A program made the translations under genes and the position numbers. From positions 1-64,000 of the IMG/VR virus record IMGVR_UViG_3300035180_001778: a stretch of 64,000 nucleotides of DNA; one strand, 5' to 3'. Of the stretch, positions 9,119-17,665 are shown piece after piece. The number at the start of each line of letters is the position of its first letter. Positions within the stretch are counted from its first letter, which is position 1. A model generated the notes under the pieces. The model searched no databases, was not told where the DNA came from, and was given only the letters and a program-made list of their open reading frames with translations.

Positions 9119-9844
9119 CTACTTCGCCGTCGTCGCTTTTGCAAGCGGCTTCTTCAGTGCGTCCAATACAGTTTGGATCCGCTTGAACCGAGCGTGAGAG
9201 ACCGCGTCCAGATCGCCGATGGCCCTGGGGATCGAGGGCGCGTCGAGCCAGGCCTGAAGCGTGTCCGGGTGCTCGGTGGACCCGAGGTGGACATAGTGCG
9301 GACGAAGGGGGAGCAGCTCCTTGACCAGGTCCTTGCTGTGAGAAACCACGAAGGCGGCCTTGGTGTGTTTCGGGATCTCTGTGACGAAATCTCGAATCGC
9401 AATCCCGACGCCCGCCGACCATCCGCCGGAGAGCCCGAAGTCCGGCTCATCCCAGAAGATGACGTGGTCTTTGTCACGGCTCTTACATGTGTTGATCCCG
9501 GCGGTCACGGTGTTGCCTGAAAGTTGCCCCGTCGAGTTGTACATCTCGTCGCCGTAAATCAATGCGGTCACAATCGGGGGCGCGAAGCCTCCTCGACGGC
9601 CCTCCATCGAGATGGTCATGCACTCCATCTCCGACCGCTGGCACATGCCCTGGACGATCCGACGCATGAAGCTCTTCCCGCTGGCGTTCTCGCCCACGAT
9701 GACCACGAGCGGGCAGTTGCCCGGAACCCAGAGGTGCGGGATGGCTGGCTCGGTGAACCCGTCTTCCTCGAAGGTGTGGAAGTAGTCGAGATCGAACGCC
9801 TTTTCGAGGAGCTGATCAACCGTCTCGAAGGAGAAGTCTTTCAT
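9119..9844 (-). CDS. ABC-type P-loop ATPase
   Basis: Walker A GENASGKS; Walker B IFWDEPD; C-terminal SH. Confidence 0.8.
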   Translation of the reverse strand: MKDFSFETVDQLLEKAFDLDYFHTFEEDGFTEPAIPHLWVPGNCPLVVIVGENASGKSFMRRIVQGMCQRSEMECMTISMEGRRGGFAPPIVTALIYGDEMYNSTGQLSGNTVTAGINTCKSRDKDHVIFWDEPDFGLSGGWSAGVGIAIRDFVTEIPKHTKAAFVVSHSKDLVKELLPLRPHYVHLGSTEHPDTLQAWLDAPSIPRAIGDLDAVSHARFKRIQTVLDALKKPLAKATTAK

Positions 9845-9874
9845 TACTGTTCTACGAATTGAAGGATGCGAGGG

Positions 9875-10606
9875 TCAACCAGAATTCCTGGTAGAGCATC
9901 GACGCTGCCTGAAATCCCAAGCAGCTCCGCACACGCAAGGCCCAACGCCATTGCCGAACCCAGGCGCGAGCCTGTGCTCCGTGGAGCGACGAATAGCAGC
10001 CTCTTCGAGTCTGTTCGTCATAATGTCCCACGCATCTTGTCGAATGGAGGGTCGCGGGGTCGGAGGGGGATCCACGATGGGAGACGAGTTGTAGTCGACA
10101 GGGGGCCCGTCTATGATGGGGTCAGGGTCGGGCACGATGGGAGCCGGAGGATCCGGGCGAGCAACCAAGCCCCGTCCAAATTCGATCGTCTGGTGGACGA
10201 TCGCTTCGAGGTTGCGAAGGGCCATCTCTGCTTGGAAGCGATCGTGGTCCGTGGCGCCCTCAGCTTGCGCTTGCCTCCGTCGGTTCTCATAGTTGAGGTC
10301 GGCGTTCCCCATGCGAATGAGCATCGACTCGACGACTCCGAGGTGCATCACCCGCTCTTCGGACTCCAAACGACGGACGCACATCTGCGTCCAGAACTCG
10401 ACCGCAGCTTCATCCGGCGTGTAGTCCGGGCCGTAGGTCAGAGTGCCGTCAGGGTGAATCCGAACGAGGACCCGATCTTTGTATGTCCCGATGACGAGGT
10501 CTCCAGGATGCTTCCCGTAGAAGTTCGGGAGCGCGGGTTCAGGGACCGGCCCAACCTGTAGGTCTTCCCAGTATTCTTTGAGGTTGTCGTCGTCAGGGGT
10601 AGGCAT
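9875..10606 (-). CDS. Hypothetical protein
   Basis: 243-aa ORF in a co-oriented run. Confidence 0.75.
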   Translation of the reverse strand: MPTPDDDNLKEYWEDLQVGPVPEPALPNFYGKHPGDLVIGTYKDRVLVRIHPDGTLTYGPDYTPDEAAVEFWTQMCVRRLESEERVMHLGVVESMLIRMGNADLNYENRRRQAQAEGATDHDRFQAEMALRNLEAIVHQTIEFGRGLVARPDPPAPIVPDPDPIIDGPPVDYNSSPIVDPPPTPRPSIRQDAWDIMTNRLEEAAIRRSTEHRLAPGFGNGVGPCVCGAAWDFRQRRCSTRNSG

Positions 10607-10609
10607 CGT

Positions 10610-11077
10610 CTACTTCTTCTCGGTGTTCTCGACCGTCCCGATCTCATCGCCCTCTTCGAGGAGCTTTGAGTGCCAAGTGGTCGGCTCCGGCGGGATCTTC
10701 TTTGCCCGAGACTTTCGCGGGGCCTTCTTGGGAGGCGAAGGGATCTCGGGGAAGAGTTCAGGTGAGGTGTCGCCCGCGGGGCGAAGGGCCGCGATCTGTT
10801 CTCGAAGATCCGCAATCGCTTGTTGGGCTCGACCTTGGAGGTGGGTGCGCCTCTGCACCTCCTCTTCCAGTCCTTGGATCTTCGCTCTGTCCAGGCGTTG
10901 CAAGGCGTCTGCAATGCGACGGTGCTTGCGAGCCCCTCTCAGGTAGGAGTCGAAACACCCGAGGAAGAAGAACGCGTTGAGCGCAAGAACCCCCCAGGGA
11001 TGCACCTTGCACCACTCGAAGATAGGGAGCGCCCACGTCTTCAAGTCTTGCCACACTGCAACGGCGTCGGGGTTCAT
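10610..11077 (-). CDS. Membrane-anchored coiled-coil protein with tag (TTWHSKLLEEGDE)
   Basis: Hydrophobic WGVLALNAFFFLGC segment; ATG 11077 lies 10 nt from GGTGTA. Confidence 0.7.
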   Translation of the reverse strand: MNPDAVAVWQDLKTWALPIFEWCKVHPWGVLALNAFFFLGCFDSYLRGARKHRRIADALQRLDRAKIQGLEEEVQRRTHLQGRAQQAIADLREQIAALRPAGDTSPELFPEIPSPPKKAPRKSRAKKIPPEPTTWHSKLLEEGDEIGTVENTEKK

Positions 11078-11086
11078 CGCCATAGA

Positions 11087-11299
11087 TTACACCTTCGAAC
11101 TGGGCGCGGGCTCTTTTATCAGCCACGGTCCGCCTCGACACCACGAGCAGCAACACGAGGAGCCCGGCATAGGTCCCAGCGGACGGTTGTGCTCGCAGTG
11201 AACCACCGGGCATCGTTGCGTAGCATCCCCATGGGAGTGCAACGATGCCCAAGAGAGACGACGGCGCTCTTCCAGGGAGAGGTTCTGAGGGGTCGACAT
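11087..11299 (-). CDS. Small Cys/His-rich protein
   Basis: CPVVHC...CCCSWC. Confidence 0.55.
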   Translation of the reverse strand: MSTPQNLSLEERRRLSWASLHSHGDATQRCPVVHCEHNRPLGPMPGSSCCCSWCRGGPWLIKEPAPSSKV

Positions 11300-11301
11300 G
11301 G

Positions 11302-11541
11302 TCAGAAGATGGGGGTGGACTTGGGGCGCTTGGGGGTGCCCACCTGACGGAAGCCCCCACCTTCTGCCATCACGGTGATGTTGCCGTCGCCGACGAGGGC
11401 GAGGAACTTCTTCCCGGAGACATTCAGGGTCCAGATGTCGCCCTGCGTCACCCCTTTCTTCACGACCTCCACATATTTGGGGTACATGACGCGGGTCAGA
11501 CGACGGATGGTGCGATCTTCGTAGTTGGTTCGACGGTCCAT
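11302..11541 (-). CDS. Hypothetical protein
   Basis: Directly downstream of a class I promoter motif. Confidence 0.75.
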   Translation of the reverse strand: MDRRTNYEDRTIRRLTRVMYPKYVEVVKKGVTQGDIWTLNVSGKKFLALVGDGNITVMAEGGGFRQVGTPKRPKSTPIF

Positions 11542-11548
11542 GTTTCAC

Positions 11549-11576
11549 CTACAGCAAGAGGGTGGCCGGGATCAAC
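11549..11576 (-). promoter_or_regulatory. Class I promoter-like motif
   Basis: N16; N7 to ATG 11541. Confidence 0.8.
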
Positions 11577-12897
11577 CGCAGTCGTAGATGGCCCCGGTTT
11601 CCCGCGTGTGTATCCTCCCGTTTTTCGGCGAGAGGGTCAACCTCGCCCCCTTGGGGTAGCGAGTCAGAGCGTCGGGGACAAGCAGGATCGGGACGCAGTG
11701 CTCCATCGCCACCAGAGCCAGGTGCGCGAGCCTTCCTCCCGCTTGCGTGATGACGGCCTTCGACTTCATCACGGCTTCGAGGTTCTTGGGGTCGAGGTCG
11801 GACAGAACGAGGATGTCCTTGCCGACCTCCCCCGTCACATCCTCCCCCGAGACGACGACACCACACTCCCAGTTGCCGAGCTTCCGTTGAAGGTCGAAGC
11901 GTGCAGTCCAGGAGGCATCCTTGACCAGGCCCTCGTAAGCCGACTTGAGGGTCTGCCAGGCTCCGAGAACCCAGTCCGTGTGGTTGACATCGTCCCCCGG
12001 CATCTTCATACCCGGACTGGAGATACACTTCCACGGCGGGGCAAGGTGGCTCAGCGACGTGTTCCGGAGGGCCCAGTTCTCGAAGGGTGCCCGCGGGACC
12101 TTGATCGTCGACCCGTCCTCCAAGGGCAGCTCGAACGTATCGTCGCCAGCTTGAAGCACCACCTGAGCCCCGATGGTGATGCACTTCATCGAGAAGGCAG
12201 CGATCTCCTTCCGATCCTCTTCGTCCTCCTTGGCCCGCTTGGCAGCAATGGCCTGCTTATCGTCGTCCGTGAGGGGCGGCGGGGTGATCTTCTTGGTGTG
12301 GGCCTGGTAGCGACGCGACCAGCCATACAGCTCCAGCTTGCGCCCGGCGGCCAGGAAGTCCTTGAGAGCGGCATCCGTCGTCCGGTTGACTGGCCACCAA
12401 TGCGGCGGCTCTCCGGTCGGTTCGAAGATGAGGGAGTCCCCCTCGACATCGAAGACGCGCTCATCCTTGAGCCCGTAGTGAGCGACGCGCTGACGTCCGA
12501 TCTCGTGGAGCTGTGCCTTGCCTGCCGTGGTAGCCCGGTCGCCTGCCACGGCACCCTTCGGCCAATCCTCGGGGCCGAAGTTCGTGACCTTGGCTCTCGG
12601 CCGCCACCATCGTCCCTCTTTACGGATGCGGCCGGCGTAGATGTACCGGGCCTGCTTTTGGAAGTCCGCCGCGTCATCGTCGACCGGCTCCAGGCCCACC
12701 GTCTCGTTGCCGACGAGCTTGGTCTTCCCGTTGAGGATGAGCTTGGCGTAGTACTCGGCTTGTCCCGGCTCCCCGCCCATCAGGCCTTCCGTGATGAAGC
12801 GCCACGCAGCATCAGGGCGCTCCTCCAGAAAGAAGTCCCTGGCGATGCGGGTGAAGTCGTCTCCGTCGATCCGAAAGTGCATTTGGCCGGTCGTCAT
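11572..12897 (-). CDS. Protein with C-terminal PEP-utilising enzyme mobile (phospho-His swivel) domain
   Basis: AVITQAGGRLAHLALVAMEHCVPILLV matches the swivel-domain His motif. Confidence 0.7.
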   Translation of the reverse strand: MTTGQMHFRIDGDDFTRIARDFFLEERPDAAWRFITEGLMGGEPGQAEYYAKLILNGKTKLVGNETVGLEPVDDDAADFQKQARYIYAGRIRKEGRWWRPRAKVTNFGPEDWPKGAVAGDRATTAGKAQLHEIGRQRVAHYGLKDERVFDVEGDSLIFEPTGEPPHWWPVNRTTDAALKDFLAAGRKLELYGWSRRYQAHTKKITPPPLTDDDKQAIAAKRAKEDEEDRKEIAAFSMKCITIGAQVVLQAGDDTFELPLEDGSTIKVPRAPFENWALRNTSLSHLAPPWKCISSPGMKMPGDDVNHTDWVLGAWQTLKSAYEGLVKDASWTARFDLQRKLGNWECGVVVSGEDVTGEVGKDILVLSDLDPKNLEAVMKSKAVITQAGGRLAHLALVAMEHCVPILLVPDALTRYPKGARLTLSPKNGRIHTRETGAIYDCG

Positions 12898-13166
12898 ACT
12901 TCCCAGTCTTCGTCGTTCAGTTGGAGGTACTCAGCGGCGAGAAGAAGGGCAGCTTCCTCATCCCCGTCTGTATTCGGTCGCCAGGCCAGATCCCGAAAGT
13001 TGAAGCTCGCAGCCCCAACCAGACGCGGGTTCTTGAAGTCCTCCAGGTCCTCAGCCAGGTCCTCAGCCAGGTGCATGATCGCCCAGTACGCGCGGGTACT
13101 CTGCGAAACCAGGGCTGCGATCTCTCGAAGTTGTTTCGAGATTTCAGGGAGGGTGGCGAGGGCCAT
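12894..13166 (-). CDS. Hypothetical protein
   Basis: Class I promoter motif at canonical spacing. Confidence 0.7.
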   Translation of the reverse strand: MALATLPEISKQLREIAALVSQSTRAYWAIMHLAEDLAEDLEDFKNPRLVGAASFNFRDLAWRPNTDGDEEAALLLAAEYLQLNDEDWEV

Positions 13167-13173
13167 GACCTTC

Positions 13174-13201
13174 CTACAAAAACACCAGGCAGAGGATCAA
13201 C
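13174..13201 (-). promoter_or_regulatory. Class I promoter-like motif
   Basis: N16; N7 to ATG 13166. Confidence 0.8.
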
Positions 13202-13214
13202 CAGGGAAAATCTG

Positions 13215-13242
13215 GTTGATCCTCCTCGGGCTTCCTGTGTAG
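13215..13242 (+). promoter_or_regulatory. Class I promoter-like motif
   Basis: N16; N8 to ATG 13251. Confidence 0.8.
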
Positions 13243-13250
13243 AGGTACAC

Positions 13251-13720
13251 ATGCCGAAGGTTATCGTTCTGCAAGGTCCGTCTGGGGTGGGGAAGTCCAC
13301 GATCGCCAAGAAGTTGATCGATGGCGTCCCCCAGTCCGTCATCGTCTCCACGGACGATTCGTTCATCAACGAGGCAGGCGTGTACGAACACGATCTGTCC
13401 AAGCTCGGAGAGGCTCACGGGGCGTGCTTCCGCTCGTTCCTCCGCGCTCTGGAAGCGGACAAGGCGCTCATCATCGTGGACAACACGAATACGTGCGCCT
13501 CCGAGATTTCGCCCTACATGCTCGCGGCTTCGGCCTTCGGGTACGAAGCGGCCATCCTGCGCATCGAGTGCTCCGTCGAGAAGGCGGCAGCTCGGAACCT
13601 GCACGGGACTCCCCTGGACGTCGTCCAGGCCATGGCCGCTCGGGTCGCCGAGCCCCTCCCGCTCGGGTCGCCGAGCCCCTCCCGCCCTACTGGACGGTCG
13701 AGACGATCACCAACGACTAG
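13251..13720 (+). CDS. AAA_33-like P-loop nucleotide kinase; C-terminus frameshifted by a 23-bp tandem duplication
   Basis: Walker A QGPSGVGKST; IIVDNTN motif; duplication at 13638-13683. Confidence 0.8.
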
Positions 13721-14004
13721 TCAAAGTCGTCCGTGAGAAGCTGTTCCTCAAAGGACTTCGGGGGCAGCTTCTTTTTCTGGTACTTCGGCGTTCCGTCATA
13801 CTCGGCCGCAATCCGAGACACGCAGTCCGGCCAGTGCTTGCAGCCGTAGAAGCGGCCGTAGGGACCGTCGATAAGCCTCATGGGCCCACGCTCGCAGACA
13901 GGGCAAGACAGCTTCATCCTGTGGGTGATAGCTATCTGGTTCATCCTCAACTGAACCCCCGGCAAACGCTGTTTGGGGACCCATCCTTCAGGGTAGCGTT
14001 TCAT
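13717..14004 (-). CDS. Topoisomerase-type C4 zinc-finger protein with tag (KSFEEQLLTDDFD)
   Basis: CPVC...GPYGRFYGCKHWPDC. Confidence 0.75.
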   Translation of the reverse strand: MKRYPEGWVPKQRLPGVQLRMNQIAITHRMKLSCPVCERGPMRLIDGPYGRFYGCKHWPDCVSRIAAEYDGTPKYQKKKLPPKSFEEQLLTDDFD

Positions 14005-14008
14005 CGCG

Positions 14009-14584
14009 TCACTCCCCAATGGAGTCGTCGAGGATTGCTTCCCACGCGTTCGTGACCCCGAAGTGTTCTCGCACCAAGATGGCAAGCTTTCCGCACATCT
14101 CGATGGAGAATCGGGCGATGTGGGCCTCTGTGGGGAGGATGCCCATGGTCTCAGCCATCCAGGTGTAGGCCTGGATTCGGCTCAGATTGGAGCCGGGCTG
14201 GTTCCAGATACGGTCGAAGACCAGGTGGACCGCAGTGCGGGCTTGACGGGTCGCGAGATCCCCAGGGATACCTTTCGGAGCGCCGTCTGCATTGGCCCCG
14301 TGAGTGCCCTTGCACGCGGGGTAGGAAGGGCACCCGTAGAAGAGCCCGTGCATGGACTTTCGGAGCTGCATGAATGTCTTCGCGCAGTCGGGGCACTTCA
14401 AGTCGAAGCGCTCACCCGAGAGACCCATGCCCACGGGTTTCTCGTCCATGTCGATGTCGTAGATGGTCTGAACCTTGGGGTTCTTGAACAGGTCCTCAAC
14501 CGAGATGTGGTCACACGAGGTGTACGGCTCGTTGGGGTTGAAGATGGCCCGGCAGATGAGGCAGCGCGGAGGGCTCATCCCCAT
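14009..14584 (-). CDS. DUF3268-like zinc-finger protein with tag (TNAWEAILDD)
   Basis: CPDC...FYGCPSYPAC...GIPGDLATRQAR..VH.VFD.IW...AY.WMA...HIARF. Confidence 0.75.
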   Translation of the reverse strand: MGMSPPRCLICRAIFNPNEPYTSCDHISVEDLFKNPKVQTIYDIDMDEKPVGMGLSGERFDLKCPDCAKTFMQLRKSMHGLFYGCPSYPACKGTHGANADGAPKGIPGDLATRQARTAVHLVFDRIWNQPGSNLSRIQAYTWMAETMGILPTEAHIARFSIEMCGKLAILVREHFGVTNAWEAILDDSIGE

Positions 14585-14635
14585 GCCGCTTTGGGGGTCT
14601 AGCTGATGGGGCATCCCTTATATGGACACCAAGAG

Positions 14636-15148
14636 CTAGATGTCGTCGTCGTCCATCTTCTCCCAGGCCGTCGGACGACGCTGATCGTTCGGCTTCCCCG
14701 TGTCGATCGACGTGACTTGGCCGTTTTCGATGTGGATGGTCGTACGATCTGCGCCGGTCTTGACAGGATCGAAGTTGCCCATGATCCAGAACGCAGGGGT
14801 GCTCCCAGGCTCGATCGTGAGCTTGAGATTTCGGCCCCCCGTGTGTTCGATGGATAGGTCGAAATTCCGATGCGATTCTTTCCCATTGCGGACCGCCGAG
14901 CGGATTTGATACTTCCCCGGCTGAGTGGCTTGTCTCTCTCGATAGACCAGTCCCCCCGTCGAGCGGGCTCCCGCTGCAATCGGAATGTCGTCCCATTCCC
15001 CCGTTGCTGCGAACTGATGCTGCACATGGTCATTCCCCCCGATGGGGGTTGTGGCCGTGGCGACGAGCATGAGGAGGTCTTCGTCCCCTTCATCAACGTC
15101 GAGAGGTTCGAGTTCGACGACATCACATGTGAAGTTGATCCGGATCAT
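14636..15148 (-). CDS. Hypothetical protein with tag (PTAWEKMDDDDI)
   Basis: ATGA overlap with the upstream gene. Confidence 0.7.
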   Translation of the reverse strand: MIRINFTCDVVELEPLDVDEGDEDLLMLVATATTPIGGNDHVQHQFAATGEWDDIPIAAGARSTGGLVYRERQATQPGKYQIRSAVRNGKESHRNFDLSIEHTGGRNLKLTIEPGSTPAFWIMGNFDPVKTGADRTTIHIENGQVTSIDTGKPNDQRRPTAWEKMDDDDI

Positions 15149-15978
15149 GACTTGGACCAGGCGAGCCCGGCCTCCAATTCGGCGGTGAGGTTTTGATTGA
15201 GCTTGCGGAGTTTTGCGGTATCGCTTCGAGTCGTCGAGAATCCAAGGAGTATGCCGATCGGGCAATGGGTGATCAGCGCCCATCGTCGGACTTCAGAGGC
15301 GAGAGACACGAGCTGGCGAAGAGCATCCTTGTTCTCCGCTTGAATGGCCTGGTCCAACCCATTGAAGGCCAGAACCAAGCTGCTCTGGATCTCATTCTGA
15401 GAGGCGAGGGTGCGGAGGAAGCACAGCACTTCCACTTTCTCTCGGAAGGATGTGCGAAACTTCGAGACTCCGAGGGCCCGGAGCCTCTGTACCTCATGCT
15501 CTCGGAGGTGTGCATCACGGATCCACCGTCGAAAGATATCGAACAGCTCCTCAGCTTGAACCGAGTTCTCTCGACGCAAGAACCTGATTTCCCAGAGGAG
15601 CCGGAACACATCGTGCTCCAGGTAGTGGGTCGTGTCGGCCATCGTTCGGATGGTGCCCTCCAGATCGAGGTCCTGACAGGAGACGAGCGCTGCTATGGTC
15701 GTGTCGAGGCCCACCTCCAACCAGGCGTCGTTTTCCGGGTCGCACTCAAAATGGGTGATCCCCCCGATTCGGGCCACTGCTCGAAAAGTCAGGCATCGCT
15801 CCATCGGTGTGCCCGGGACAACCATGAGAGGGGTGTGACCCGGCGAGCCGAGGGTCTTGGCCCATTCGGTCGCGGTCTCAAGGGAGATCACAGGGGACGG
15901 CATGGGCTCAGGGGTTCGCCTCTGCGGCTCGGGCCGCAGCACGGCCCAGTAATCGTCCAGCGAGGCATCGTCGTACAT
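15145..15978 (-). CDS. Hypothetical protein, 277 aa
   Basis: GGTGTA motif 10 nt upstream. Confidence 0.75.
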   Translation of the reverse strand: MYDDASLDDYWAVLRPEPQRRTPEPMPSPVISLETATEWAKTLGSPGHTPLMVVPGTPMERCLTFRAVARIGGITHFECDPENDAWLEVGLDTTIAALVSCQDLDLEGTIRTMADTTHYLEHDVFRLLWEIRFLRRENSVQAEELFDIFRRWIRDAHLREHEVQRLRALGVSKFRTSFREKVEVLCFLRTLASQNEIQSSLVLAFNGLDQAIQAENKDALRQLVSLASEVRRWALITHCPIGILLGFSTTRSDTAKLRKLNQNLTAELEAGLAWSKS

Positions 15979-15988
15979 GGGGAGAGGT

Positions 15989-15994
15989 TACACC
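15989..15994 (-). promoter_or_regulatory. Class II motif GGTGTA (representative)
   Basis: 10 nt before ATG 15978. Confidence 0.65.
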
Positions 15995-16069
15995 GACTTC
16001 GACAGGTAGCTTCTAGTATGTTAGATCACGTACTAGACGGAAACTTGAAAGTCTCCTCTCCAGATAGAC

Positions 16070-16585
16070 TCACTGTTCCTCGACTCCGGCGAACATGTCC
16101 ACTGCAACAGGCACGGAGATAAGCTTGTCACGCATCCAGGTCGGGACAGGATCGGATGCGAGGTAGCTGTAGGACACCCAGTGGGCCGGGGGCTCGTCAA
16201 ACTGCGTGGAGATCCCGATACGAAGGTTGTTGAAGAAAGAGGCGATGAGCTTTGCAGCTTTCACCTTGGCCTCCTTCTGACTGGGCATCTTCTTGAGGCG
16301 CTCGAAGAAGCCTTTGGCAATCTCCTTGAGCCTTTTCAGACACCAGACCAGCTCGTCTGCGGACCGAACCAAGAAGAACACCTGGTTCGGTTCCTCTTCG
16401 TTTTCGGGCCACGTTTGGGCTAGCCCCAAAATGATGGTGGCGTCCAGAATCGACAGATCACGTTCGTTGTGGGAGAACCCTCGTGCTTTGGGGTATGCTG
16501 CATAGAGATGTTCTTGAGTCGAGTCCGGAGACTTGCTCAGGAACATCTCGTGAATCGCCTTGAGCTTCTTTGAGTCGATGGGCAC
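16070..16585 (-). CDS. Hypothetical protein
   Basis: GTG start 9 nt from GGTGTA. Confidence 0.7.
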   Translation of the reverse strand: MPIDSKKLKAIHEMFLSKSPDSTQEHLYAAYPKARGFSHNERDLSILDATIILGLAQTWPENEEEPNQVFFLVRSADELVWCLKRLKEIAKGFFERLKKMPSQKEAKVKAAKLIASFFNNLRIGISTQFDEPPAHWVSYSYLASDPVPTWMRDKLISVPVAVDMFAGVEEQ

Positions 16586-16619
16586 GAAGGCGTCTACACC
16601 AGAAGTGAAGGCGTTCTAG

Positions 16620-16667
16620 AAATTATGAGCCTTTTGGGGATCAACACCCCCAAAAGGCTCATAATTT
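16620..16667. repeat. Perfect inverted repeat, 20-bp arms and 8-nt loop
   Basis: AAATTATGAGCCTTTTGGGG-atcaacac-CCCCAAAAGGCTCATAATTT. Confidence 0.95.
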
Positions 16668-16751
16668 GGTCGATTTCTCTTGATTTCGACTTTATCTGGT
16701 GTAGAAAGGCCAGCCCTGCTCTTTTTGGGGCAGGCTTTCAGGAGGTTGATT

Positions 16752-17450
16752 GTGAAGTTTCTTGTTTCTTGGATCCTGGCGTTCTTGGTGGCCAAGGCTC
16801 CGCCGGGTCACACCCAATATGGGGGAGGTCTCGAAACTCCCGAGCAAACCCAGGCACGGTATGAGCAGACCGCCCAAGACCTTGCTGAAGTGGTCATGAG
16901 CGAGCCCTCGTTCTACAGCGCATCGACGAAGGGCTCTGATCACGGCTTGGTCCGCACGGCGGCGGCAATGCTCGGAGGGGCCTACTTCGAGTCGGGTCGT
17001 TTCGCTGTGAAGGTGGACAATGGCATCCTTCGAGGCGATGGTGGGAAGAGCGTCTGCTTGATGCAGATCAACGTGGGCAAGGGGCGAACGAGGGACTGGA
17101 ACAAGACCCTGAGTCGATGGGCTTCTCCCTACGATGATGCCGCTGATGTCCAGGTTGGCTGGACGGCTGACGAGCTGCTTGCGGATCGGAAGAAGTGCTT
17201 CCGAGCTGCGCACCACTTGATGAAGTCGTCCGTGGCTTCGTGCTCGCGTCTCGGCACACTGGAGGGTCTCCGGGCCTATGCGAGCGGCTCGTGCGATGGA
17301 GGCTCCAAGGAGAGCCAGCTCCGCATGGGGGTTGCTGTCCGCTGGTTCGGGACGCACATCCCGAGCTTCACGACCGCGGACATCCTGAAGCCGGAGGCTC
17401 CCGCAGAGCCGGTCGAGTCGATGACCATCCCGACGATCTCGATGCTCTGA
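16752..17450 (+). CDS. Putative secreted lytic transglycosylase (SLT/lysozyme-like)
   Basis: Signal-like N-terminus; FESGRF...GDGGKSVCLMQI; GGAGG SD. Confidence 0.6.
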   Translation: MKFLVSWILAFLVAKAPPGHTQYGGGLETPEQTQARYEQTAQDLAEVVMSEPSFYSASTKGSDHGLVRTAAAMLGGAYFESGRFAVKVDNGILRGDGGKSVCLMQINVGKGRTRDWNKTLSRWASPYDDAADVQVGWTADELLADRKKCFRAAHHLMKSSVASCSRLGTLEGLRAYASGSCDGGSKESQLRMGVAVRWFGTHIPSFTTADILKPEAPAEPVESMTIPTISML

Positions 17451-17470
17451 TGTCGGTGTAGATGTGGGAG

Positions 17471-17665
17471 ATGCACCCCATCTCCCACATCTACAGACTT
17501 GGGGCTACAGGTTCCGCTGGGGCAGCAACGTGTATGCGAAGCTGCCAGGTCGAGCGCAAACTTGACCCTGCTTCTGGGGGTTTCCTCTACAGGATCAATC
17601 GCGGGCCCTGGCAGAAACAAGCCCCTTCCTGCATCCCTCGACGCAGGTTTTGGCGGCCCGTCTAG
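17471..17665 (+). CDS. Small hypothetical protein
   Basis: GGTGTA at 17455, 10 nt before ATG. Confidence 0.5.
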   Translation: MHPISHIYRLGATGSAGAATCMRSCQVERKLDPASGGFLYRINRGPWQKQAPSCIPRRRFWRPV

